Positions 35,846 to 47,960 of a stretch of DNA of 64,000 nt are shown one piece after another. A program made the position numbers and the translations under genes. Each line of letters begins with the position of its first letter. Position 1 is the first letter of the stretch. This stretch comes from Neoechinorhynchus agilis (lineage: Eukaryota; Animalia; Acanthocephala): positions 10,518,784-10,582,783 of the forward strand of contig CM121341.1 in assembly GCA_051530055.1 (NCBI GenBank), written 5' to 3'. The notes under the pieces were generated by a model. The model made no database searches and was not told the origin of the DNA. It saw nothing but the letters and a program-made list of their open reading frames with translations.

Positions 35846-36299
35846 TGTATGAAAGCTTAAGTTTATTCGTGCCTGAGAGAGCTCAGACAAATATGTTTTT
35901 AGCCCGCCTTTAAAAGTTCACGAGAAACAATTTTAACTTCGACATTCTGAATAGTGAGTAATTGCACTTTAAAGGAAAAATAGCGGATTGAGGAAACGTG
36001 TACAGATGTACTTAAAATTTGCATTGAAAAACTTCTAGATCCAAGCTCATTAAAAACGCACTCTTAGAAATTATGGCTTACAATTTCATCAAAATAACTC
36101 CTTAGGTACTTAAAAAGACCGTTGTCAGAAATTCATTCGAAAACGCTAAAGTAGGAGACTACCAAGCAGGACTATGTCGGTTGGACTAAAATACCCACTC
36201 GTCGATACAGTTGACGGACATGTCTGTTAGGAATCCGGAATATGAGAAGGCAAAAAGGGCTCCGGTGGAAGTCCTCAATAATGATCCAGAATCAGAGTA

Positions 36300-36900
36300 A
36301 GGCACGCGGAAGCTTAGTAGCTTCGGACCCTGGGAGACCGGGACTTGGGTGACCGATGCAACCAGTTTTCCATCGGCCATTTCCGTCTAAGCAACCGGAT
36401 CCGTGATTACGCGACCAAAACCACGGCAAAGCCGTCCCTATTTAGGCCACGTTACTCAAAACCTGGATAAATCTCACTGAAGACCTACTGACAAGAAAAT
36501 CCACCTACTGAACTGGCCGAAGAAGAGAAAATGTAGGAACATCATGAATAATCCCCAATGCCAAACATCGTTATTGGATTGCTCTCCCATACAAGAATAC
36601 AAACGAAAACATTGACGGATCCAAGGCAGCCAACGACGACGATTAGCTGTATAAGGGCAACGGGAACGCGGAGGAGCTTAATAATGAGTATCAAACTCCT
36701 CCGGAAACCTATCTGTCGCCGCCGGGAAGAGCTGATTTGATAAAAAGGACCATTTGGAAGATTATGCCGGGATAATATCTCCTTTATGGCAATCGTAAAA
36801 TTCTCCCTAATTTCTTCATTGCTCAAACTGATTCTAACGATCGCCAAAGCATCAGATTATTTACAAGACTTAAAGCTTTTTATAGACCTGAGTCGAGAAT
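36300..36900 (+). mobile_element. 5' part of an RTE-like (single-ORF, APE) non-LTR element with a structured leader
   Basis: LKTWINL follows the leader directly, then PPETYLSPPGRADLI. Homologous to 62230-62700 (-) and 52010-52135 (-). Confidence 0.55.
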
Positions 36901-37619
36901 CGCTCAGCACAAACGCATTTAGAATTCACCAACTCATTCGACTTTGACTTACTCTTTCATAAAAAACAAATCTTTACGGACTTGAAAAATGCAAAATCGT
37001 TAATAGTTTCATAAAGACGAAAGGTACACAAAAGAACGTTGTAGTCTCGAATTCTCGGTTGCGCTATTCCAAAATGCGTTTGCCGATTGCAAAAAAAGTC
37101 TAAATGTCCGATTTCGAAACTTTCTGCAAATTTGATGAATTAGTGAAACGGGAGCGGACAGCGGTGTTCCCGACTATTTGATTTTAAAATCCTGAATTGT
37201 ACAATAAGCTGTAGTGATTTTTATATACATCTTCTCACGTTAAGGTGATCGTTGGACCACATCATATTACCCACGAAAAAAAATCTTCAAATCTCCGCAC
37301 GAATCTTAAAGAAGTACCGAAATAATTATCCTACAAATTCGAGTGCTCATGAGGACCCAAAGATACATGGATCCTTTTCTTTGCTTAATAAGAAATAAAC
37401 GTATTATTATCAAAGTTTGGCATTTTTAAATCGAGTTACGGAATCAATTTCTTGATTGCTATTCTCCGCATATTTTTTTTTAAAACAATCTTCCAAAGAA
37501 TTTATTGGTTTCTGGGACTTGGAAATACATGAGAAGCAAAATCGATTTCTTTTTTCTACTGAGAATAAACCGCAAATCAGTTCCATTGTCTATTTTCGTT
37601 TTCGTTGTTTCAGAAAGGA

Positions 37620-39525
37620 ATGACTAAAGACAGTCGAAGTGTTATCAGATTTGCTGAACGGATGATTGAGTATTCCGACAGGGAAGATTGCTCTCATTTA
37701 TCGAGTATATTAACTCATTCTTCGATTTCTGCGATTAATTGGAGGAACGTCCGAGAGGAACTTGGATCTGATCGCAATAAGGATAAATGTGAGCGAGCGA
37801 TGGTCGAACAATGCATTGACGATCGTACCCGTCGCCTTCTTGGTCGGGTGATTGCTCAATGTCGTATTCAAGAGAAAGGTCCTCTTCGAGAACTCAATGG
37901 TTGCATTAGCACTGGGAAGGAAGCTCGTGTGTATCATGGATATGGCATGGATAAATTCGAAGTAGCCGTAAAGGTCTACTACACGAGCATTCTAAAATTT
38001 AAGACTAGACAGCCATACGTGGACGATGAGTTCCGATTCCGACGAGGATATTGTTCTAAGAATCCTAGGAAAATGGCACGGACGTGGGCCGAGAAGGAAT
38101 TCCGTATGCGGTTGTTCACACAACAACTCAATTATCGTCACTTGTCGTGTAAATGACCGTTTAATCTAAACCGAATATATAACGGAGGAATCACCTGCCC
38201 TCGTCCTTTACTTCTTAGAGGACATATCATGGTTATGCAGTTCATTGGTCGAGATGGACAATCAGCTCCGTTGATGCATCAATACCGCCTTATTGACCCA
38301 AGACTAAGCTATATTGAATCAATTGGATACGTTCGACAAATGTTCCGGGTCTCGAACCTCATCCACTCCGACCTTAGCGAGTTCAATCTTCTCGTATGGC
38401 CTGCTGGTCAAATCTTGGATTCTGAGGAGGGTCAATTTTCGAATACTAACGACACGATATTTGTGATTGATGTAGGACAAGCAGTTGAAAAAGAACATCC
38501 TTGTGCTATAAAATTCCTCTTGAGGGACTGTATGGCTATTAACAAATACTTTACAAACAAGTAACCGACGATTTTGTTGTCTTTTTAAAAGCAATATTCT
38601 CTTTTAGCTTATTTCCAATTTATATTGTTCGTATATTTGGGTTACAGCTTCCATCTACAAGAATGGCCTTTAAAGTAATTAAGAATTCTTAAAAACGCCA
38701 TATTAAACTCACTGTCGCCCAAAGATTTCAATTGTCTGCCAAGAATTTTTAGTGAAGTTCACTGGGGTCGAATATCTCTATACGCGATATGCAATTTACA
38801 TCCCTAATTTTATAACGGCTTTAATAGCTCTGTTTTGCTCATTTGGATTTGAGATTTCACAAATATTCGATGTTAACCAACACCTGAGCATATCATCATT
38901 TAACTTAAAAGTTGGGATCTTTTTAATTTTTCTTCATCCAGAACTTTATTTTTGAAATAAAACCATCGGGCATGCGATACGAACTCCATCTTTAAAGTGG
39001 ACGTTAAATTGGATTGCTGATACGTCTTTGGATAACGATATTTCGGATCATGGTGTAAAACGAAAACTCGAGAAAGAGCTTTATAGGCTTGAGAGTGGAA
39101 TTGAGGACGATCAAGCGGTGGACATATGCATTGATCAGTACTTACCTCAGAGTCTTCGGGATGTGATCAACCATGAAAAAGAAGTTTGCGCTCTCTTAAG
39201 AGGAGAAGATTTAGATTACGCGTCCCTTTGCCAAATTGCGGATAATTCAAAAATTACTGATTGTAGCGAAGATGTCAGCGACATTGATGACAATAGTATC
39301 GAATCAAGTAGTTCGGATTCGGAAAGAGACGAAGACAACAAGAAGTCCAAGAGCAACAAGCACAAACCATTTTTCGATAGACCAAGAAACGAGAGTCCAG
39401 AGTCGAGGCAACGGAGGAAGATCGAGATGAAGGAGTACAAACGAGAGCAAAGGCAAAATAAAGTTCCTAAACATGTGAAGAAAAGACAAGAAAAGACTGG
39501 AAGGTCACTAAAAAAGAAGTCATAA
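37620..39525 (+). CDS. RIOK1: RIO1 atypical serine/threonine kinase, interrupted by two non-canonical inserts (38104-38162, 38561-38970)
   Basis: RAMVEQCIDDRTR, GCISTGKEARVY, FRFRRGYCSKNPRKM..WAEKEF, NL.RI..GITCP, HSDLSEFNLL, VIDVGQAVE, FLLRDC, YLPQSL, KNKVPKHVKKR-like tail (QNKVPKHVKKR). Confidence 0.9.
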
Positions 39526-39659
39526 GTCATACAAATAAAACAATTTTGTTTTTTTAGCTTTTAATCTAGACCGTGCATAAAGCTCATTGAAATTCGTTCG
39601 TCGTCAAAGCTTGGAGTGTTATTTTTCTGCCAAAGATTGGTTTGACGGCAAACCGCAAT

Positions 39660-39978
39660 CTTAAACGAATGTCTGTTCTTGTTGCTACATTCATTTAAGC
39701 CCCGCTGAGGAACGCAAAAGGACAAAATACAGGGACCTGAGTCGAAATCAATATTTTGTTGCCTTTGGCGTCGAGACACTCGGATCGTTTGGTACCGCGG
39801 CTCAGGACTTGGTCAACCAATCGACTAACAGATTGAGACGAATCACGGCGATCCGAGATCAGGAGCATTCCTCTTACAAAACATAAGACTGGCTGTGCAA
39901 CAAGAGGACGCTGCATCCGTCCTTTCGAGCGTTACATCAGAACGGCAGCTGAGTGATCCCGAGCGGTGGTGTGAATGA
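39660..39978 (+). mobile_element. 3' fragment of a CRE-like element
   Basis: Nucleotide homology to 26060-26275 (GGTACCGCGGC.CAGGAC...CAGGAGCATTCCTCTTACAAAACATAAGACT...GAGCGGTGGTGTGAATGATTT). Confidence 0.75.
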
Positions 39979-39999
39979 TTTTGCTATTTTTTCTTGTCA

Positions 40000-40749
40000 A
40001 AAAATGTTGTTGCGTAAAAGTCTTGGCCATACTCGTGCACCATTGGATTAGAGAGAACCACGTGCCAAATTCTAAACGTGATTCGTTGCAATGCTTTGCG
40101 ATACAGCTGATAATTCAATCTTTTTATCCAATGAGAACGTTGGCTGTAAACATTCTATATTGCGCGACGTTTAGTTTCTCGATCTCAATCGCAAAAGTTG
40201 GGCCAGCTTTAATGTACGAAATGGAGATTGGTAAAATCTATCTTAATAATGCATTTATATTTATAGATAAGAGGTGATTGAATCACATATTGATGGCTAT
40301 AAATGGGAGGTACTGAAGGATGGGTTTTTGAATCGTCGGAAGGAGATACAGAATGTTTTATCCTGGATTGCCCTCACCACAATTTAAATTATCATCCCGA
40401 AAAATTTTCCCGTAAATATTTTATTAATATATCCTTAATTACCATGGTAACTGACTTTGTAAGGTGCAAACATTGTTTTATGTGCTCGAAGATGTCGAAA
40501 AGCAGCTCCGGCACTGAATTCGACAGCGAAATCTCTGAAGAAGGAAGTGTGACTTGTTTCATAGATAAACTCGATGAACCATGGAAGCGATTTGCTAGGG
40601 TGTTGGATTTTGTCGACAAACTATTGTTTATTGTTTGTATGCTGATTGTATACTCAACCTGCTTTTATATCATATTTCTTGCTTTTAAAGCAAGTCCGAT
40701 TGCAACAACGACCATTGTAAATGCGAACAAATCAAAATTAAGTAATTAA
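40000..40749 (+). pseudogene. Degenerate Cys-loop ligand-gated ion channel gene
   Basis: M4-like WKRFARVLDFVDKLLFIVC. Upstream remnants GYKWEVL and SWIALTTI*IIIPKNFPVNILLIYP carry in-frame stops; M1-M3 are largely missing. Confidence 0.45.
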
Positions 40750-41242
40750 AATCGCGTCGCTGGCAAGAACGGGGTTTTTCAGTCATGATAAAGATTAGTG
40801 ATACCAACTTTTCTAAACACATTTAATTGCCTGCTAATGGCAATTTTTTGCAAGAAAAAAAATCCAACCTGAAACTTTTAATAAACGATTCCCAACTGGA
40901 ATTACTCTATTTCGCCTTCTAATTCATCAGTCATGTACTCATGCCACTTTTCGAGAACATTTGTGAACAATGTTTTATTAAATTTTTACAAATAAAAAGC
41001 GTTTGATTTAAATCGAAAATGCTATTGTGTTCCGACTCAGTGGAGTATAGCAGAATTTTCAACAATAGTCGTTTTAAAGAAAGTTCAATTTTTTTATTAT
41101 TCAGGAAGTAAAACAAGTCAATTTAATCGGCATTTATTTTATCATATTTTAAACCAAGATTATTTGAAAGTCGCTAATTCGCTTTTGTTACTGAACTTTT
41201 TATCAATCGTGTAGCGTTGTATCACGAGTACCCTTTTCCGTC

Positions 41243-43700
41243 TTGTTCGCATTATCACTGAAGGATACTTTTACGTTAAATAAAATTAATAACGATACTT
41301 TGGCCGCCACCAAATCCTTCGAATCGGTCAACTCCTTTTCCCCGACATTCACTCCACTATTCCTCCCCCATCAACTGTCATGCGCATTCCAGCCAAAAAT
41401 CCCTTTAACCCGAGACCACGTCTCCTCATAGTAACTTTTATTTCACCATTCGTAGCCTCCCTCTTTCTTAACAGGAGACACAGACTCCTCACTTCACAAC
41501 TTTCTTTTCGTCCCTGTAGACATAAAAATTCATCACAAAATCTTTCCACCGCCCCTCCAAACTAAACCCGGACACCATATTCCCAATGTAACCCGTCACT
41601 CTTAACGAACACCCATGAACATCTTCCTCATACAAAAAACTCAAAAAGTAAGCTATTTCCCAACTTCTTTGACAAGGTGCAATTCCACCGGCGCCCTAAA
41701 AACCACAAAGGTCGACCTCCCAGCCTTCGTCCCTATTTTTCCCAATTAAGTAAATAATTATCGCTCTACCCCTACTCAAAAATGCCAGCTGATCAATACA
41801 AAGTCTCAACTCTAAACTCATTTCTATCATTGCCAATCACTCATCCAACTTAAAATTTCTATTCGCTTCCGGACTTCTATCTTTGGGATAATCAATCGTT
41901 CTATATCAGCATTATGTAACAATTCCTCCCTTAATCGAATACCCGCAGCGAAGAACGCAACCCCAATCTCCCTCACTTTCGTCCCCGGTTTTCCGAAATC
42001 CAAAATTCCTTTCCCCGCTGTATTGTACTCCACTACTCGTAACCTCCTTCCTAAACTGGATGAAATTTCACTCATCACAAATATCGACGCCTACACATCC
42101 GCAGCTTAACAGAAACGTTGCTTGCCTCCTTCAATAACAATTCAGCCATCCTTCCCGGGTACTCTTCCTTCCATACATTCCGCGATCGCTACTATACTCT
42201 TTATCTTTCATAACCTCTATAAAACCCCGATCTAGAATTCATCGCAAACGGCATCTGAGAATTCACAATTGCTGGCGTCTATCACCCTCCTGCCTCTCGA
42301 CCTGAGTCCTCCTTGCTCCAAATCGACTCTATGATGGAGCTCATAAACTCCACAAATTCGTCCCATTTCTTAATTACAGGACACTTCAATAATCTATTTC
42401 CTCCTCTGCCCTTCTCCGAATTGCGTCAACTAGTTGGCTTCCCAACAAGTCTTGATGTTCACCTCGACAAAGTGTTCACAAATATCGACGCCTACTCATC
42501 CGCCTCTAAACTCCGTCCCCCGAGAACTCTGACCACGCTTCGCGTATGAAATCTCCCTGTTTACCCGTCTGGGATAAACGTGATCATTCCATCCAAAATT
42601 TTAATAAAATAGTTCAACTCTACCATCCGCACATTCCACTCTGACAACATAAATGACCCTTCCTTGGCCATGTCCTCCCTGACCTCAATCATAAAAAATT
42701 CCCTAACTTTGGCAATTTCCAAACCACGGATAACTCCAATTTTGAAACTTCTACAAAGGCAAGCATCTAAGGTTCAGCTTTCCAAACTTTCCCCGTTTAC
42801 ATATAGCTCTAACTAACAAAATAGTTATCGCCCGCAAAACTTTCTTTCCTCTAACCGGGTCCCATCCCCAATGTGTCCTCTTCTGAACTAAAACAGGTTC
42901 TAGATTCAATTAATCAGAACCTCTGCCCTTGCTCAATTTACGATTACTGCTCCACGTCGGACACCACACGATCTTTCGCGCCCTTTTGTCAACTTGCTGA
43001 TACTCCAATAAGTATCGTCATACGAAGTATTACAATATCTCAACAAATTACCTCGAAATTCATTCTCTCAATCCGAAATCTCAAACTGGGCTCTTCGTTA
43101 CAACATCCCCGAACTCATCGATTCCCTTACCCACATTATAAACCTCAATCTACCCCTCATGCCTGAAAACTAATATAGTGATCATTCTTCCAAAAAAGGA
43201 CATCCGATTTCCACCGAATCATTCCGTCCAATTTCCATTCTACCCGCTCTTTCAAAAATCAACGAAAAATGTTTTAAATCTCGCCTTCTTTCACGTTACG
43301 AAAAGTTATCGCCCCTACAATTTGGCTTCCGACCCAGATTTTCTGCAACCGATGCCCTACTTTGCATTTATGACACACTTCTACGTTTCCGCGACAATAA
43401 TCTCTCAAACGTCACCAGTCTCATTAAACTTTATTTGTCGAAAGCTTTCGACTCAGTGGACCATTCACTCCATCTCCGAGTCTGCTCCGATTTTGGTCTC
43501 AACTTGTGGCAGATCCGCTGGCTCGAATCTTATCGTCACAATCGCAAACAATACATTCACTGCTATTCTACCTCCTCGATCAGCCTATCCCTCGCAAAAG
43601 GCGTTTCTCAAGATGCTGTGCTGTCACCACTTCTCTTTAATATTTTCCTAAACGACCTCAAACCTATCTCCTCTCACTCTAAACTCTTCTGATACGCCGA
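41243..43700 (+). mobile_element. Decayed L2/CR1-like element
   Basis: APE remnants (HLDKVFTNID, YHPP) and RT motifs (RPISILP.LSK, QFGFRP, SKAFDSVDH, GVSQDAVLSPLLF, YADD). Confidence 0.85.
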
Positions 43701-43714
43701 CGATATCTGCTTGA

Positions 43715-43960
43715 CTATAGACCTCGTTCGACAGTTTGAGTATTTTAAATTTTCTCGAGACAAGCTTTCATCGTTTCTTGTATTTTTGCCAGCTTTTTCT
43801 TGTGTCTAAAAAGGGTGGTAATCGCAGTTTATACCTTGAATTTTGAATAAAAAGGGTGTTCTTGATCATGAACAGAGCCTCGCGTAAGGATAATTCATTA
43901 ACTCGTTCGCATAGCACCGAAAGTTGCGGCTGAAGATTGGCAATGTCTGCTTCCAGATTA
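43715..43960 (-). mobile_element. CRE-like RT fragment
   Basis: LSVLCERVNELSLREALFMIKN matches LSVLCDRVCELGSHEVLFLIKN of the 53161-54426 ORF. Confidence 0.7.
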
Positions 43961-44319
43961 GAGTGGAACATAAAGCTTCTAAAAGCTCAACTGATCAAAA
44001 GTGATCAACTTAATCCCTGTGTCCATGTTGTGAAAATCTTTCACAATAGTTTATTTACGTTCATCACTTTTCATCGTCTCCTTCACGAGTGTCTCCAAAT
44101 CGCGCAGTACTACAGAGAGGTTACCTCCGAGCGTGGCATCATTCAGGTACCAGCCATTAAAGCTGGACTGGAGAGAGTGCGTGACGGGATTGACTGCGAG
44201 TGAGCTGCGTGTGAGAAGGCCATTGGGCCTCCATAAATTGGAAATTACAGAAGGACCATGTTTGTCTGTCTCGTTTTACCCATTAGATTCGGAATAATCA
44301 ACAACGCATTAGTCGAGGA

Positions 44320-44790
44320 TTGATTGTTGCCGTTGTTGCTTCTGCTGACTTTCCTTATTCCTTTGTTACCGAGATTTCAATTCAGAAAAACCCTCGAACT
44401 TCAAAGTCAGTATATAAATTATTTTATAACATAGGAACAATATTCCATAGGATATAAGTAAAGCACCGGGGCGAAACAAATGTTTGCCGCACCGAATCGC
44501 TTTGTACAGATATGGCGTGTCCAAAAGAAGGAATGGGCAACGATATTAAACTCGGCGTTGTCATCGTCCAGAGGCGGTATCATCTTCGAATGCTCTTTTC
44601 CGATCGAGGAAACGGTGCATTTCTGGTGAGACACGCTGGAATCCAAGGATCAATGAGAATAACTTTATGCATGTGACTTTTTATTTGTGTCATTCGTATA
44701 CTAAATGCTTTCGTTCGGTCTCAATCTTAGCACCTTCTTATTATGCCCATCAGGCGGAATTCCGGACGAGACACTATGTAGAATTTATCC
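44320..44790 (+). pseudogene. Argonaute PIWI-domain pseudogene
   Basis: Successive motifs IVAVVASAD, PHRIALYRYGVS, VIVQRRYHLR, HAGIQGS and LCHSYTKCFRSVSILAPSYYAH, broken by stops, frameshifts and deletions. Confidence 0.8.
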
Positions 44791-45727
44791 AACTCTGCGA
44801 TACAACAGTCCTAGATTATTTTTATGAAGATGCTCTGGTGTTCAAAAATATAGACGAGAAGTTCAGCCAGGAAGACAAACCTACAGCGAAAAAATTGAAG
44901 TTTCTGATTCTGTTACTCAATAGCCGTCTAGGTGCTTTGTTATACTTTTGTTAATAGAATAAATATTTTAATATATTATCAAGAAATTATGTCCTTGGAG
45001 AATTTGCTAAAGGTGTGGTTGTTACTTTATAATTTTTTCGCTTATTCGGAAGGGTTTTGATAAATAAGATATGATGAGAATTTTACTCGGTCGGTAAACT
45101 TTGCTAACTTAGACAACATTTCTTGTCGGACAAAAATATGAAGCTAAAACGTTGAAGTTGTCCGTTTTGCAGATTTCTGACGATTCCGATCAGTATTTCC
45201 TCGATTTTACAATTTTTGTTACTAACCACAGAACTTAAGGTTCCAAAAAACCGCAAAAATATTATGCCTGAAGTTCATTCCTCGATTTTTGTCCACGCGA
45301 TCACCGGAGTTATTTAATTATATTTAAGATTAAATATTCGTTTTTTGAAGCAATGCATTGGGTTGTCTGCACTTTCAAAAGCCATCCAAAAAAGATACTA
45401 ATTATCCTTTTAATGTGGAGGACTGAATTGGAAAACAAAGACGAATCGGTGCCAAAGTAATGTAAAATACACCAAGCAAAACTTTGCTTTTGACAAGCAA
45501 ATCGAAGCGTTGATCACCAATCAAATTGTAAATCTGCGCAATCAGTGTAGAATTGATGTTGCTCAAATTATTATACCTGAGTGAAGACATTGTTCTTGAA
45601 TATCCTGAATCTAAACTTCAAAACTCGACTCTCATACAATTCAATCAAATTCCACATAACAATGTTAAGGGAAAAAGCATGGTGGAACTTTGCGCCGATC
45701 TCCGAAATATGATCAGTTGCCAATTGG

Positions 45728-47011
45728 ATGTTCGTGCGCACTAATATCGGAGAATTTATGCGGCAACCAATGACGGCCAAGAAAATTCACGAATTACGCA
45801 TTTTGGAAATAATTGATGAAAACGGACGAAAAATGGAGCGAAGAGAATATTCTTTCCTTGAAAAAATCAAGTATAGATTACAGGTAATTCTCAAACTTGA
45901 TGATAAGACATCGAAAATGGCCACTAAGATCGAAGCGCAAAAGATGACATTAGGACCCGAGAAACGAGCGAACGACGAGACCCAAGAATACACGACGAAA
46001 AAAGCAAAGCTGTTAAAAAGATTGCCTAAAATAATTTTTAAGCCGACGATGCCTTCCAATCTCTCTAAAACGGATGAAGCTTCCGAAAGTGAAGTGGATG
46101 CCTCTTCGCAAATCAACGGTGAAGTTGAACAAAAAGCACCAACCGAATCCGGCAAAACTGCCGTTTATATGGGCGAAGGGCGTTGGATTGAACGATACTC
46201 TACGGCTGTTTCAGGTTCACTAAAGTCCCTGCGTAAAAGACTGCATTGCGGATTGAGCGAACAGTTTGCCGTGACCAACACTGCGTGGGTCCGTCAAATC
46301 CTTGCGAAGATTATCTTAAGAAATACAACTAAAGCTGAAATTGAAGAATCTGGGATTGTAGAAGTTATAGAAAAAATGGCCAAAAATGAAAGTGATGAAG
46401 CCACAAGTAAAATTATTAAAGAAGTCCTGATAAAACTAAAGCAATTGTGCCGAAAAGCAGAAAAGAAAAAGGAATGCGATTTTACTAAAGATGCGACCAA
46501 ATCTCGAAAGCGGAAATTAATTCATCCAGATGATTTCTTTGTCCGAGAAGCAAAAGTACATTCAGAAAAGAAGCTGCGGTCAACAAATGATAAAAGTTCT
46601 TCGAACAAAAGAACTAAGAAATCTAGAGAAAAGATTGAAGTGAATGCAGAAATGAGCATGGAGCAACTCTGCGCCGTGCTGCGGAGAAACCTCGAGGAAG
46701 ATTCGACGGTAAAGAACCAAGCGCTGGCAATACGAATATTTAAAGCCATGGCCCAGAAAAACATCACGCAAGATGATATCCGGGATAATCAGCTTGGAAA
46801 ACTTCTTCACGATGTTAAATTCAACATTAATAACGGACGCCATAGTAACCGAATCGATAAAATTACAATTAAAATGAGGGCTGCATTTCCGATGCGTGGG
46901 CGGAATTCCGTAGCGATGATGGCTACTGCGAGTTGTAGCTCGCGGACGGACCCGCGGAAACGATCGGCTCCTGTGGACGAGGAAATCGACAGGAAAATGA
47001 AGGCTCCTTAG
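45728..47011 (+). CDS. Protein with two TFIIS-N/IBD-like helical domains (third repeat upstream across a frameshift)
   Basis: 427-aa ORF with ILAKIILRNTTKAEIEESGIVEVIEKM and IFKAMAQKNITQDDIRDNQLGKLLHDV, separated by K/R-rich linkers. Confidence 0.5.
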   Translation: MFVRTNIGEFMRQPMTAKKIHELRILEIIDENGRKMERREYSFLEKIKYRLQVILKLDDKTSKMATKIEAQKMTLGPEKRANDETQEYTTKKAKLLKRLPKIIFKPTMPSNLSKTDEASESEVDASSQINGEVEQKAPTESGKTAVYMGEGRWIERYSTAVSGSLKSLRKRLHCGLSEQFAVTNTAWVRQILAKIILRNTTKAEIEESGIVEVIEKMAKNESDEATSKIIKEVLIKLKQLCRKAEKKKECDFTKDATKSRKRKLIHPDDFFVREAKVHSEKKLRSTNDKSSSNKRTKKSREKIEVNAEMSMEQLCAVLRRNLEEDSTVKNQALAIRIFKAMAQKNITQDDIRDNQLGKLLHDVKFNINNGRHSNRIDKITIKMRAAFPMRGRNSVAMMATASCSSRTDPRKRSAPVDEEIDRKMKAP

Positions 47012-47960
47012 ACATTGAATGTAGAGAATTAAATAAAATTAAGAGCCTTCATCAGTAAAGGCGTCGGGGGAAGATCTTTGCAATTTTTAGATTTAAAATT
47101 GACCGAATAAATGTGAAATCATTGGAACGAAATTATTTTTGAATTCGAGAAAAAAATAACAGAACGAATATTTCTTAGTGGTTTAAGGACGGAAATCTGA
47201 GCAAAATTGATTCTATTTTACATTTTTGAGATTGCCAAGAACAATAAATTCTTGTACATTAAATGACTGCTCAGTTCATGTTTATTGATCAGCGATTTTT
47301 TAGTTGTATTGTAATCATTGAAGACTACCATTCGTTAGCACGGTAAAAATAAAAATATTTAGGGTTTTTTGCCTATTCCAAATGTTTGGAGCTCACTGAT
47401 GATGAAGATTGTAAAACTAACCACCGCTGCAAAAATATTGCAATATTTATGATGTTATTAACAAATAAGAAATTTGCTGCTTAAACGAATCAACAAATTT
47501 CGTTGTATCTACGATCTTGAAAAATGCTCTAATCAAGAACCCATCGAAAATGTTTATCGCTCTGCTGTCGAAACAAAGGTTCTGTTTTCCATATTTCTTA
47601 GGTCGTCGACTTTTGTTCAAAAGTTTAAATTTTCGTTCAATTTTATGACCTGAGCGTTTTCCGATGCCCTTCGTCGACTGTTATTATGATTCCTTTTCGA
47701 ATTTCCTTTACTATCTACGGCTAAAAAATTTTTTATCTTCGATTATTTTGACCCCGTTTTGACTGTTTCCCTTCGTCCGTTCGTTTGGATTTCTTAATTA
47801 AATTAATATCCACGCCTTATTTACGACTTCGTCTTCGTTCGTTAATGCAAATAGGAACAGAATCCAAAATTTCGAACCGTTTACCGTTTTAATTTAATGA
47901 ATCTAATGTTTATTATTCGGAGCAATTCTAACTGATCATGGAGCACGGCGGTTCTTGGAG

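Noticed and set aside
38104-38162. BHB (tRNA-endonuclease) or U12-type intron explanation for RIO1 insert 1
   Set aside because: No 4-bp central helix with 3-nt bulges, and the 5' end is not RTATCCTT.
40231-40280. Another hairpin intron in the Cys-loop gene (GTAA-AATC..GATT)
   Set aside because: A canonical 41-nt GT-AG intron (40231-40271) restores the frame, and the gene has stops anyway.
45477-45493. 15-16-nt micro-intron with a small hairpin (GTAATGTAAAATACA)
   Set aside because: It has only a 4-bp stem, the rule-based cut gives a stop, and the surrounding frames cannot be validated.
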